A stretch of 64,000 nt of DNA from Amoebidium appalachense (lineage: Eukaryota > Protista > Ichthyosporea). The position numbers and the translations under genes are program-made. Below, one piece after another: positions 1 through 33,666 of the stretch. The notes below the pieces were generated by a model. The model was given only the letters and a program-made list of their open reading frames with translations. It searched no databases and was not told the origin of the DNA. Positions within the stretch are counted from its first letter, which is position 1; each line of letters opens with the position of its first letter. Location of the stretch: assembly GCA_963693365.1 (NCBI GenBank), contig CAVNZM010000010.1, forward strand, positions 1 to 64,000, in the 5' to 3' direction.

Positions 1-2
1 TG

Positions 3-6491
<6,489 letters not shown>

Positions 6492-6834
6492 CACGGTGAC
6501 CACAACATCTTAAAGCTTTAACCTCAATCCGATCCTTAGGCATGCTCTACCACACTATATACTTTGTGAACCATACTGTTTGAATTAATGAATGGGTAGC
6601 GAAGGGGAGGAGGCAATCTTTCCTTGTTTGTCTTCATGGGTTAGCGTTGGAATGTGATGGTAAGTTGTGATTGATGTGATAGTAAGTTAGATAGGTTGTA
6701 TTGTATAACCCTTTACTTTGTATATTGTATGTGATGTTTCACGTGTAGACTGATGCTCATACCACTTCTCTTTTGAACTCTTTCCAAAGTCACAGGATGG
6801 CCTGCCTGATTGAGAGCGTTCTTCAGCTCTATTA

Positions 6835-9800
6835 TGTTACATTGGGCTTCTTTGCCTGTAATAGTTGTGAACATCATGTCGGTCAGTTAGCCGGAATTTG
6901 TAAAGCACCCTGTTTAAGGATGTATTGTGTAAGACTTATCTCATATTTTATTCACAATGTGCATTAAACAATGCCCATACAATTGCAAAACTCCAAATTG
7001 CTGTTGTGGAACTACCGTACCCAGCTCCGTTCTTTAACCAGCATGTCGCTTGTTTGCTACCCCTCAAGAACTGTGATACTTCACCTGAAAGATAATGTGC
7101 TATCGTGGCTTGCTATGTGGTCGAAGGAACTTATATCGCTGTTTGCAAACGGACACCCAACAGTTAAAACGTTGATAAATATATAATTGGATGCTTCCAA
7201 AGATGTTTGGGTCGCATTCCATGCACATCCTAGTTTGGGTCCTAGTGTGCCTAATAGAGATACAATATACATTTTTACAAAATATATAAGGGATAACCGA
7301 GCATTTCCATAGAAAACACTCAAATCTCAAAAGTCCTAAGTACCCTCCTATAATTGTATTTGATCATCCGATTGGATAAGCAGCTACCACATTTATGATT
7401 GGTTCATTCGTCACCGAACGCCGACATCTGACTGGATGAGCCGGCACCGACGAAATGTAAACAAAGCACATAGATCTGAATAGATCTGAATCGATCGATT
7501 GACACGACTGCTCGCCGCGGGGAGGACATAACAATCCCCCCCTCAGCAGAAAATCTGAGCTCCGACGAAGAGGAAACAAAGTTTAACACATCGATTGATT
7601 CTTTTCCTGTCGTGGGAACAGAACATCGCGCAACTGCCGTCGTCGTAAAAGACGAGCCGTGCGTGCATCCGTAGCATCTGGTGTCGAGTTAACATTCACT
7701 AGCTGAGTGATGTCGACCTGTTTGTCTACCCGTGGTTTTTTTGGATTTCTAGGAACAACAACCTTAGGATGAGAAGGTTGTCTAACTACCCGACGTTCGT
7801 ATGCTTGGATTAACTCTGGGCACCATAATAAAGACTCTGGACGCCACTGATTGAAAGCCGTGTCGTAGCCTGCAAATTTGACTCGATAATACGTGGTTGC
7901 ATGGCCGTTGACTGTGACTACTTTCTTATCCAAAATTTTCTCTACCGTGGTGTCCATGCCACCTAACTCTGGAATACCGTTATGTTGGGTGTTAGGACAC
8001 TGAGAAAACGTCGAAGGGGCACGGAAGGCAAATTCGTGATAAGCCTTAATGTCGTCGACGTTATAATGGCGAATATCGTGCTCATTCAAAGTATGCCGGA
8101 GTTTGTATTCAGTACTACCTATCCGGGCTAACACTATGTATGGACCCAAGAACCGTGGTCTCCATTTCTTCACGGGGCCACCCTTAGCACGGGTGAAATT
8201 CCGAACCAACACCTTACTACCTACTTTAAAAGTACGGAGAGGAATGTTAGTGTTAGTGCTGTTAGTAAGAGATTCATGTGCTTGCTCTGTACGTTGCCGT
8301 GCCACTTCACGGGCATGCAAAACTCGAGCCAACACCTCTTCCCTATACCTAGTCCATTCTTCCATACGGAGAGGACCAGAGAAGGCAGGAAGCATACTCA
8401 CATCTAAGAACTCAGTACACTCCTGCCCATGCACAAGAAAATACGGAGAAAAACCAGTGATAGCATTAGGTGTGGTACGATAAGCATGCACCACAAAAGG
8501 AAGTACACTATCCCAGTCAGCATGCTCCATATTCACATATTTTGCTAAACACGACTGAAACACTGCATGTGCACGTTCAGCAACACCATTAGCTTGGGGG
8601 TGGTAAGCAGACGTATGCAACAATGACACACCCAACAGTTTACACACCTCACTCATTATTTCGGACAAAAATGAGCTACCCCTATCACTTAACACAGAAC
8701 GGGGGGGCCAAAACGAAGACAAACATGATGCAAAAACACACGTGCCAACGTCACTGCATCACTTGAACGAATAGGGACAGTTTCAGTCCAACGTGTAGCT
8801 AAATCAGTGAGAGTAACAATATAATGATTACCTTGCACTGTTTCGGGGAAAGGCCCCATCACATCCATAGCTACCCGTTCAAAAGCTTTAATAAAAGTAC
8901 CATGGTACTGGGGGACCCGGCTTCGCATGTGTGTGGATTGATTGTGAAATGCACATGCATGACATCCCAACACCTTTCTCTCCACATCCTTACTCATGCC
9001 AGGCCAATAATAATTCACTTGCACACGTTGATATGTACGCGACACACCTAAATGACCTGCCCACGGAGCATCATGCATGTGTTCAAGCACCATATCAACC
9101 AAACGAGGGGGAACCCACAAACGTTGACCTTGTGGCCCACTTAAATGATAAATAACACCATCTTGCAACACACATCGGAGAGCATACCGTTTTGTACGAT
9201 TTTCCCATGTCCGACGTTGACCTTTGGTGGGTTTATCCACCGAAAACACCATATCCCCCGGACGATGCTCCACTTGACATATCACGTCGTGCAAAAACCT
9301 GTCACTACGTTGTGACGACACCACCTGTTCCTGAAAAACAGGTGTAGAAAACTGGGAAGGAGAGGTGAACGAATTCGGAGTCCCCCTGTGTACCGGGGCC
9401 CCTACCTTCACCATACTATTCTTAAGAGAGGAGATGTCTACTTCAGCAGCCCACACATGATTTGACACGTTGATTGAATCTACTTCAACATTTACTGCAT
9501 CAAAAGGATGTGTTTGGGTGAATTTATCATACTCGATGTATGCATTTCTACTGAGTGCATCACAATCTTTCATACTTTCACCTTTTGCATAAAAAGCCTT
9601 ATAATCAAACGAAGCTAACTCTGCAGCCCACCGTTGCATGCGTTCGTTGGTTAACTTAGTGAGACCTTTCATGGCTAAAGTAGGTTTGTGATCAGAATAC
9701 ACCTCAAACGTCCTACCTACCAAAATATGTCTCCACTCTTTGGTAACGAAATGATAGATAGCATGACTTTCCCGTTCTGGATTACTGTAACGTCGTTCCG

Positions 9801-9986
9801 TGGGGGAAAATACACGACTGCCATATGCAACTACTCTATCTACATTATCCTGTTCTTGATACAATATGCCACCCTCACTGACTAAACTGGCATCTACCCG
9901 GACTCTGAAAATACCTTGTGTGGGGGAGAAATCGGGGTGAACAAGAACATTATCACTTACCAATACTGAATACTTGACGTTCACAT
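6835..9986 (-). mobile_element. 3' half of a Ty3/Gypsy chromodomain (chromovirus-type) LTR retrotransposon
   Basis: A pol fragment is followed by a polypurine tract (minus strand gagggggggat) and the TGTTA start of the 3' LTR at 7533. The left LTR boundary (6835) is a guess based on a tgtta terminus. Confidence 0.85.
7583..9986 (-). pseudogene. Gypsy pol fragment: RNase H, integrase zinc finger, integrase core and chromodomain; frameshifted, gag/PR/RT missing
   Basis: RNase H motifs VDAS...VVAYGSR...ERRYS...YSDHKP; HHCC region (HDAPWAGHLG...CHAC); core (AMDVMGP, SDRGSSF, YHPQANGVAER); GPY motif; chromodomain VEKILDKK...YYRVKFAGY...NQWRPE. Frameshift at the G-run near 8700. Confidence 0.93.
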
Positions 9987-10537
9987 TGATGTCGCAGGCT
10001 GCTGCGGATGGAGTTTGTGGAAGCGAAAGTCTCTACTTCACGGAAATACGCTCGCGGGTGTAGGGTACAGCCTAGAAGTCGGTTTCTGGCTCCTCCGTTC
10101 AAGGCGTCGTAGGGGACGTGAAGTTAGAGGCCGCGGTGTCGTGTCTGGGCCCATAACCCTGTTGGAAGTAGAGTCCGCTGTGACTAGGGTCGTCGTGGCG
10201 CGCTTGGGCGCTGACCCGTTTTTTACTGCTTTCAGTGTGTTAACTCCATGACTGAACTCCATGTCTGCACCTGGCAGAGACGTGGCTTATATACCCGTGG
10301 GGCAGCAGTCTGGAATGTAATCCGGATGCCAGGCGCTAATCGGATTGGTTACTTTCATTTAGAGATCTCTGGGACCAGTGAACCAATCGTTTGCAGTCAA
10401 AACACAATTGGCAACATTCCTCAACTATGCAGATGTGCATGTGGTGATCGAGTGTCAGCGTGTGTCTGTGTACACGGAACCAATTGTAAAGCTAACATAC
10501 ACATATTGTGGAGTGAGCGTAAGTCTGCACTCCAACA
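9987..10537 (-). mobile_element. Probable solo LTR (about 551 bp)
   Basis: The minus strand begins TGTTGGAG and ends ACATCA, with an internal CCAAT and TATATAA (near 10290). Both boundaries coincide with the breakpoints of the Gypsy and Copia coding homology. Flanks cacat and tcacc do not match, so there is no TSD. Confidence 0.65.
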
Positions 10538-13113
10538 TCACCGACGGTCGACAGTGTACGATTGAGAGTGCCACAGATGGCCAAGTTGTGGCCCGTGGGG
10601 TAGTGGAGGGAGGCCTGTATCGTCTCCTAGTGAAACCCGTATGTGAGAGCGTGAACATGGTGACCACTGCAGTCGGCAGCAGTGGGGGTAACACCGTGTG
10701 TGAGCCGGTAAAGGGCAGCGCCAGTTTATGGCACCGGCGGTTTGGTCATGTGGCAATAAACACGCTACAGAAGATGGTTAAAGAAAACATCGTCGAGGGT
10801 CTGTGCATCGACTGCAAAACCCAGGATGACGGTGTGTGCGAGGGATGCGCGAGAGGGAAGCAAGCCCGGCTCTCTTTCAGTAAGCTACCCCGCAAGACAG
10901 CGCCAGCGAAGCTCGACAGAGTTCATTCTGATGTGGCAGGACCGTTCAACAAGGAGTCGCTGCAAGGTTCCAAGTATTATGTCACCTTCATCGACGACAA
11001 GACAAGGTTCACTACGGTGTACTTCATGAAACATAAATCCCAAGTGCATACTTACTTCAAGAAGTACAAGGCACACGTAGAGAAGCAACACGGTGCCAGC
11101 ATCAAGATTCTGCGTTCCGACAACGGGGGTGAGTACACCTCCACTGAGTTCAAGTCGTTCCTGGAAGCGTGCGGCATTGAACATGAGGCGACAGTCCCTT
11201 ACACACCAGAGCAGAATGGTGTAGCAGAGAGGGCTAACAGGACCATTGTCGAGACGGCGCGCTGCATGCTGCAGTCAGCAGGCATGAGTATGGGGTTCTG
11301 GCAGCTGGCAGTACAGGCAGCTGTGTACATCAAGAACCTGACGCCAACCACAGTACTGGGTGGCATGACACCTTGGGAGGCATGGTATGGAGAGAAGCCC
11401 GATGTTAGCCATCTACGTGTATTTGGTAGCAAGGCATTTGTCCATGTGCCGAAGGACGAGCGCAGGAAGCTAGACGCCAAGAGTCGGGAGTGTAAATTCG
11501 TCGGCTACACAGGTGACAGCAAGACGTACTTGTTGTGGGACACCGAGGCGCGCAAGACTATCGTCGGGCGAGATGTGGTGATCGATGAATCATGCACCCC
11601 AAAGGCCGGTATTCCGGTGGTGCAAGATGAGCCAATGGAATTGCTGATGCATAAGCCAATCGGAAATCAGCAGAGCTTGGAATCGAGGGATCCAATCAGC
11701 GCCAAGAAGCAACATTCCTTTCGGAAGCCTACAATCGGCACTGACAGTGGATATGATTCAGATGCTATCGGCGACGGCGCGGGCGAGGACAGCGGCGATT
11801 CGGACGCGGCAGGGTCAGGAGACGAGGAAGATAGTGCAGAGTTGCAGGTTGCAACCAGAAGTGCCTATCCGTCTATGACTACAAGGCGCGGTGGGACCTA
11901 CGGCATCAACGCAGGTGTAGTAGAGTACCGCGACAGTATCAGCATGGCAATTGAGAGTGCTGATAGCAATGAGGATGACCCTGTGACACTGGAAGAAGCA
12001 ATCTCCAGGCCAGATGGTGCAAAGTGGAAGGCTGCGCTGGACGAGGAGTACGAATCTCTAGTCAAGAATGGGACATGGTCACTGGTGCCACTCCCACCAG
12101 GTCGTCGGGCAGTTTCCTTCAAGTGGGTCTTCAAGATGAAACGCAACGCCGACGGCAGTGTCGAGCGCTACAAGGCCCGTGGTGTGGCCAGGGGCTTCTC
12201 TCAGCAAGAGGGGATAGACTACGAAGAGACCTTTGCCCCGGTGGCCAAGTTCACCAGCTTCAGACTTCTCTTCGCTATGGCAGCGGCAGAGAACATGCAC
12301 CTCACACAAATAGATATCGTCACGGCGTTCCTGAACGGCGACATCAAGGAAGAGCTGTACATGCAGCAACCGCGTGGGTACGAGGTACCCGGAAAGGAAG
12401 ACTATGTGTGTCGTTTGCACAAAAGTCTGTATGGCCTCAAGCAAGCAGCAAGGTGCTGGAATGAGAAGATGCATGAGGCTATGGTCGATCTTGGCTTCAC
12501 ACGTGTGGAAGCTGATCGATGTGTCTACTTCAAGGTCAACGGAAGTGGAAAGACGGTGGTGGCTGTGCATGTGGACGACATGCTAGTGGCGGCGTCGACA
12601 GATGATCTTATTCAAGAATTCGTCAGGCAGGTTGCGACGAAGTTCTCCGTCAAGGTGATCGGCGAGCCAAAGCTGCTACTCGGTGTGCAGGTCAGTCGTG
12701 ACGCTGCAACAGGCGATATAAAATTGTCACAGGAAACGTACATCAAGTCATTGATGCGGCGCTTCAACATGGTCGACTGCAAGGCTCAGTCAACACCGCT
12801 ACCGGAGCGATGCGTGTTGAGCAAGGCCATGAGTCCGGCAAGCGAGGAGGAGAGAGTGGCGATGCGGCAAGTTCCTTATGCCAGAGCTGTGGGCTCCTTA
12901 ATGTACGCAATGGTGGCCACCCGGCCAGACATTGCACAAGCAGTGGGGGAACTTAGTAAGTTCGTGAGCAACCCGGGACTTCAACACTGGGACGCAGCCA
13001 AACATCTTCTCCGGTACCTCAAGGGGACAACCAACTACGGGATTGTCTACCGCGGAGGAGGAAGTACAACAGTGGAGGAATTCACTGACTCCGATTACGC
13101 TGGCAACTCCGAC
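10538..13113 (+). mobile_element. Ty1/Copia pol fragment (pre-integrase, integrase, reverse transcriptase, start of RNase H), truncated at both ends
   Basis: Motifs LWHRRFGH...CEGC, VHSDVAGP, LRSDNGGEY, TPEQNGVAER, RYKARGVARGFSQQEGIDYEETFAPV, KSLYGLKQA, HVDDML and FTDSDYAG. Homology stops at about 13113, where G-rich repeats begin. Confidence 0.96.
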
Positions 13114-13352
13114 GGAGGGGAAAGCGGTAGGGAGTGTGCGTGAAGGGAGGGAGGGGGGAGGGGGGAGGGGGGGGGGGGGGGGGAATGAGGGGGGGTAAAA
13201 CCGTGTCGACTGCAGATAAAATCAACAGGTGAGAAAAGACATGCCGCCACAGGCCCAGGAAGGGAGACGTGACTGGAGAATAGGATTAACGTTCTTTGGT
13301 GCTCAGTAGGCGGATCTGTGTGTGGATCTGTGTGTGTGTGCCAGTGTGGGTA

Positions 13353-13384
<32 letters not shown>

Positions 13385-13541
13385 GGGGGGGGGGGTGAGG
13401 TGTGTGTGTGTGATGGGGAGTGAGGGGGGGGGGGGGGGGGGGCATGCGTGTGCGTGTGTGTGTTGGTTCTGAGGTTGGGGGATGAGGGTGTGAAGGGGAA
13501 GTGTGTGCTGCGTGCAGGCGCGCTTGTGTGGATGTAAGTGT

Positions 13542-13721
<180 letters not shown>

Positions 13722-13854
13722 ATACGTGCGCGCACCTGTGTGCGTGCACGTGCGTGCATGTTTATCTCCATGCATGTGTTTGAGCCCACGGACACGCCTG
13801 TGTTAGCGTTGGCATGCAGGGAGAAAACCATGGCCAAGAAAACCTTCAACGGTA

Positions 13855-14047
13855 ATCAGCATATCATTAATTCTGAACAGCATCTTATGCAGTGGTATCA
13901 GCATATTATCAATTATTGTAGCTAGCATCTTATTCAGTGTAGCTATACTATAGTAACATCTTCATCATTGTAGCTAGCATCTTAATCACTGTAGCTGGCA
14001 TGTTATTCATTGTAAGCTAGCATGTTATTCGCTGTAGCTAGCATCTG
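13855..14047. repeat. Degenerate minisatellite, unit about 21-25 bp (tagctagcatcttattcantg-like)
   Basis: Repeated gtagctagcatcttattca / cagcatcttat motifs. Confidence 0.75.
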
Positions 14048-14142
14048 ACTGTCTCTCTATTCCCCCTCTCTCTCTGACTCTCTTGCCCTCACTGTCTCAC
14101 TCACTCGCTCAATCACTCACTTACTCCCTGACACACACATAC

Positions 14143-15040
<898 letters not shown>

Positions 15041-15381
15041 GAAACACACGGCAGAGAGAACATAAATAAAGAAAGTTAACTCCGGAGGCGGAAAAGAGGG
15101 GGGAGCGGGTTGACATTACCTCACACAACTAGTTGCTGTTGTAGATGGCTGTGATCACAGACATGAGAGTGCTGTGCAGAAACTAAAGCGCCACAAGTTG
15201 AGGGAGGGCGGAAGGGAGGGAGGAAGGGAAAGAGGGGGGGTGGGACGGAGGGAGGGGGGGAAGAAGAGAAGGAGAGACGGAGTGACGTAATAAGGGAGGG
15301 AGGGAGAGAGGGAGGGGTGGAGAAAGGGGTGGAGTGAGAGAGGGAGGGGTGGAGGCGGGGTGGGGGGATGGAGGGGGGGGG

Positions 15382-15428
<47 letters not shown>

Positions 15429-16773
15429 GGAAGATTAACTTGAGTGACGCATGACGTACCAACCGATGTGCCAAGGACTTTGCTGAAGTCTACGGAACAC
15501 ACACACCCTCACGCACACACACACACACAAGCACACACACACACACGCACACACACACACACACACATACACACACACATACACACACACAGACAGACAC
15601 ACGTGCAGAAACCCGATTCAATTGTTCATTTTTTTTTTTTGATCAGTGAGCCGCGCTGCGGCCCGCCGCCAGCGAGCCCGTACGGTGACGTCACCGAGTG
15701 AGCCAGTTCCGCATTGCAGCCAATCAAAAGCCGTAGACGAGCAGGGTTGGGCTGGGGAAGGTCAGCCTAACCGTTTTGTCCTTTGGCCAATCGTAACGGA
15801 CAGTTTCTTAATCGTAATTGGGGGGTTTTTGCGGTTCAGTAAGCCCAGACAAAACGCCCCTTCAGTCGCAAAACTCCAATTACGCGTTTGAACAAATTTA
15901 ATATCCAATAATTACAAGCCCTGAACACTTGTCGGGGTTCGATATTGCTTATGAGAAGCGCTGTAGATATGTTCTTGAACAGAATATTGAAAAAATTAGG
16001 TACAGTTAGAAATTAGGGGGCCTTAAAGCGTTTATAATGCTATACATCTCATACGAAAGCTGTTACGACGGCACCCTAACCTTATTCGTATCGGGGTCTT
16101 TCGTTAATCGTAATTACCACGATTTTTTTTTCGTAATCCCCCCCCCCGATAGCCATGACGAGACGGGGGGGTAAAACAAGATCTGAAATAGCCAATGAGT
16201 AGGCGATGTTAGGAGAATGAGCGGGGTCACAGAAGCACAAACAAAAAAGCGGTCACTGAACAAAAGGGCAATAAATAAACAAGGTATTTCATAGAATCTG
16301 AAATCGCGTTGGATGCTCTGTTACAAATCGTTTCCCTTCATGCTTTGGCCACTCATAAACTGTGGTCGAAAGGCCTGATAGTGGGAGACATGATCTTTTT
16401 GCCGCATAATTTTGAACTGTATTCAACTGTTTCAATTGGTTCTGAGAAAGTTTAAAAAACGGTTTGTCACAGATTTGAGTTGCCATATTCATTCCAATGT
16501 GCTGGCCCAGAGGTCTATAAAATCGTTGAACGGCCGAAATGGGCTCCGGGAGTTGTCAGTTCAACGTGGTCTAGAACACAGAACCAAAACGAGATCGAAA
16601 AACGTGAAAACGAAAACGAAAAAGGCGACAAAAGGCAAAGGCAAAACACTCGACGGCTTGAACAACAAGTAGTTGAGTAGAATAGCAGGCAGCAAACCTT
16701 TGGAAATAGTAGCGTGGCAAAGAAACATTGCAAGCAAAATTTAAACGAACCTTAGCGGTGTTGTGACCTGAAA

Positions 16774-17370
16774 ATGTCGCCATGCACGTATAAACTTTTT
16801 TCCGAACTGCTCCTGCTGGTTCTGTCTCTGCTGAACAACAGCAGGCCTGCATTCCAAGCCTTTCTTGCGACCACGTGGGCGCAACTGTGCGCCGTGAGTG
16901 CCTGTTCCTGGGACGCTTCGTGCGGGGGGCGCCAAACCACACCACTGCCCGTTGTGCCGCCGACCACACCACTGCATGTTGTGGTGCCGGACACGGAAGT
17001 GGCCGTTGTGGTAGCGGACACAGAAGTACCCCTTGTGGTGGCGGACACAGGAGTGCTTTTTGTGATAGCGGACACAGAAGTACCCCTTGTGGTGGCGGAC
17101 ACAACCATGTTCGCTGTGGTGCCGCGCAAGCGCCCACCGCCCCCCACGGTCGACAAGGCCCTCCAAGACGACATAGACAAGTTTGAAGCGCAGTATCCGG
17201 CCATGCTTGAAGCCGACCGCCTTCGCAGGGCTGCTGCGGCTGCTGCGGCAGAGCTGGCTGCGCAGAAGCAGAAGCAGAAAAAGTCGGGCCCTTTTGGCCG
17301 GCTGGCCGCCAAGGCAAAGGCTGGCCTGCGCCGCCGGCTAGCAGCGCTGGGCCACAGCAAAAGACCCTAG
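16774..17370 (+). CDS. Hypothetical protein or terminal exon with internal VVADT(E/G)V repeats and an Ala/Lys-rich helical C-terminus
   Basis: GC-rich 198-aa ORF outside simple repeats. No family recognised and the start is uncertain. Confidence 0.35.
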   Translation: MSPCTYKLFSELLLLVLSLLNNSRPAFQAFLATTWAQLCAVSACSWDASCGGRQTTPLPVVPPTTPLHVVVPDTEVAVVVADTEVPLVVADTGVLFVIADTEVPLVVADTTMFAVVPRKRPPPPTVDKALQDDIDKFEAQYPAMLEADRLRRAAAAAAAELAAQKQKQKKSGPFGRLAAKAKAGLRRRLAALGHSKRP

Positions 17371-17691
17371 GCCCTGGCGGCAGGTGACAGTCGGTAACTG
17401 AGTGCCCTTTCATCCACCGACACCCACGGAGTGGTGGGGATGGTCGGGAGAAGCAAGCACTCGGAGAACTTTTGTTACCGGCAACAAGCCACCTTTGCAG
17501 CCACGGACTGGTGTTGAGGGTCGGATGACGGGTGAGGGGGGCAGCACGGGACCTTCAGCCCCAAAACGCCCGTCGTGTTTGTGTGTGTGGCAGCCCAAAA
17601 CACCTGGGAGGGTGTGGGCAGGCAGGGCTGCTGCCTATTGTGTGTCCTCAAGCTGTGTAGGGGCTTGTGTGTAGGATAAAGTACCTAGAGT

Positions 17692-18027
17692 AGTATATAA
17701 AGTCGACATGGCAGGAAAAAGTCGACTAATAATGTAGGAAAGTATATAAAGTCGACCTACCAGGATAAAGTCGACTAATAATGTAGGAAAGTATATAAAG
17801 TCGACCTACCCGGATAGGGTCGACTAATAATGTAGGAAAGTATATAAAGTCGACCTACCCGGATAAAGTCGACTAATAATGTAGAAAGTATATAAAGTCG
17901 ACCTACCCGGATAAAGTCGACTAATAATGTAGGAAAGTATATAAAGGAGTCGACCTACCCGGATAAAGTCGACTAATAATGTAGAAAGTATATAAAGTCG
18001 ACATGGCAGGAAAAAGTCGACTAATAG
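17692..18027. repeat. Tandem array of a 49-bp unit (about 7 copies), two GTCGAC sites per unit
   Basis: Unit aaagtcgactaataatgtaggaaagtatataaagtcgacctacccggat; gtcgactaat recurs at 17721, 17770, 17819, 17868, 17916, 17968 and 18016. Confidence 0.95.
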
Positions 18028-18514
18028 TTCAGAAAGTGTATGCAGTGTAGAGTAAAAGTGTAGACGGTGTAGGGTAACAAAATGGATAGGGTAGAGTAAC
18101 AATGTAGATATAAGTCTAGTGTGCACGTGTTGGCTAAATAGAAGCCAATATTTCTTCTGCGGTCTTGCCCTGAGAGGCTGCCCATGCCGGTGTTTTGTTC
18201 ACCGAAGGCCGTCTGAGAGGCCCAGCGAGCTTGAAAATTGGCATATCTACACGGGCGGAATAAGCCAAAATATGGATATATGCCCTGACTGAGAACAGGG
18301 ATAGTACTGTACAATATACAAGCACGACCTTCTAATCCGTGGCCCAGCTGCTCGAGAAAACGTGGAGAAAACACGCACACATTCTCAGCCAACAGACATG
18401 CACACGCACGCCGTGGTGCAAGACACACAAGCACCCACATACCCAGTGAATCTACACCACATACGCAAACCGTTACGCACACACACATGCAAGCACACAC
18501 GCAACACACCCACA

Positions 18515-18551
<37 letters not shown>

Positions 18552-19069
18552 CAGACAAGAATACACACTCACGCGCACATGCATTTTACAATAGACACAT
18601 GCAAACACACACACACAAACGAACACACTCACACACGTGCACGCTCGCGCGGGCTCGCGCGCGCACACACACACATACATACACACATGAAAGCTAGCAA
18701 GCACACACGAGCATGCATGCGGGACGCTGTGTAAAACAAGCAAACACACGCCATCACCGCGAGAAGCACACACACACGCACAAGCGCGCACACACACGCA
18801 CACGTACACACACTCACACAAACACACACACACACACACACACACGCACATCCCTCTTTCAACTTCTCTTATTTCTGTTCTCTCTGCCCTGTGTTTCTCT
18901 TGCTCTCTCTCCCTCTCTCTCCCTCCCCACCTCTCTCTCTCTCTTTTGTGTCTTTTTATCCCCCCCCCCCCCCCCCCTCCCCCCCCCTTCCCCCACCCCA
19001 CCCCTCCTTCGCTCCCTTCCCCCCCCCCCCCCCCCCCCCTCCCCCCGCCCTCTCCCCCCCCCCCCCAAA

Positions 19070-19270
19070 AAAAAACAACAACGGGGTAGAGAGTACAGAA
19101 ATAAAGAAAGAAAGTAAAGGAAGATAACTGAGGAGGCGGAAAGGGAGGTAGGGTGGGGAGGGGGGCAGATTGCCAAGCATCCAGATAGGTATTCGCTGAG
19201 TGATGTGGCCAATGGAAGGACAGTGTTTAAATTTATTGCTGAAGTTTAATTCTATTGCTGAAGTTCAAAT
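19070..19270 (+). repeat. About 200-bp dispersed repeat, copy 1 (copy 2 at about 20700-20900; partial match near 15060-15105)
   Basis: Shared agagagtacagaaataaagaaagaaagtaaag...ttgccaagcatccagataggtattcgctgagt...gtggccaatggaagg...tttattgctgaagt. Confidence 0.88.
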
Positions 19271-19335
19271 TTAGCCAAATTCCATTGGCCGACCAGCCTC
19301 TATACCTCGATTCTGATAGGTCCCTTATCATCCAA

Positions 19336-21001
<1,666 letters not shown>

Positions 21002-21178
21002 CTACGTATTCCAGCAACCAAATTTGCTAAGGACCAGTGCAATACAACTATCAGTTGGCATAACAAGATATATCAATACCCGCCCTCTCATTCACATCAC
21101 CATTCATTCATGATCATACCATACTTAATTGCTCCCCCCCACCCCACCCCCCCCCCCCCCCCCCCAGTATCCACTATG

Positions 21179-32928
<11,750 letters not shown>

Positions 32929-33559
32929 GTTGGAAAAGTTCTGGATTCACACAACAGGGCAGGTTCGGGTGCCTAAAGGATGTGACCCAAGCGGAGTGCA
33001 GACATTAGGACTCAGACGGGTCAAGAATGCGAAGCACCGCACTTAGTTTAACCCTCTGTGTGAAACTAGGGCTGACACCATAACATGGCCACCAACCAGC
33101 TTCGCTCCCTGTCCCTCCTTTTTCTGCCTCGCTCTCTCACACTGTTTCTGGCATTCGCCCACAACATCTATTGTTGCTTGTCACTTTCCTGTCGTGTGTG
33201 TTTGTGGTGCGTTTGAGGATTTCGGCTGTGCTTCTTCTTGCCCAAGATAGCTTCCAGTTCCAAGCTTGTTTACGTTCATAACCGTTCACAGGTCTAAGCT
33301 TGATCAGGCAATAATCCCCCCCCCCTCTCTCTCCCCCTATCCCTTTTCCTGTGCCCCTATATATCTCTCTCTGTGACTTTGTTTCTTTTTCTCATACAAA
33401 TCCGCTCACACACTCTCTCGCTCTCGCCCTCTCGCTCTCTCTCTCTTACTCCCTCTCTCTCTCTCCCTCTTTCTCCCTCTCCCTCTGCCTCCCTCTCTCT
33501 CCCTCGAGTGCCGGGTAGCGGCCCCCCCCCCCCCCCCCCCCCAAAGCTAGGGGACTCAC

Positions 33560-33666
33560 CCTATACCCTTTGTTGTTTGTGATTGGCTACATTTTCGCGC
33601 CAAGCATACCGGCTTTAACCGCCTAATTTGCTCACTTTTGAGTGGCTAGTTTTCCCCGCCGACGAG
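33560..33666. promoter_or_regulatory. Putative bidirectional RBBP4/RPA1 promoter with E2F-like sites and a CCAAT box
   Basis: TTTTCGCGCC at 33592, TTTCCCCGCC at 33651 and ATTGG at 33582. Divergent GTGAGT donors (minus at 33559, plus at 33667) would close 5'-UTR exons. Confidence 0.55.

Noticed and set aside
10378-10537. N-terminus of the 921-aa Copia ORF
   Set aside because: No gag or protease similarity; it is fortuitous read-through of the antisense LTR.
17692-18027. CRISPR-like appearance of the GTCGAC array
   Set aside because: The intervening sequences are themselves repeated, so this is a plain tandem repeat without unique spacers.
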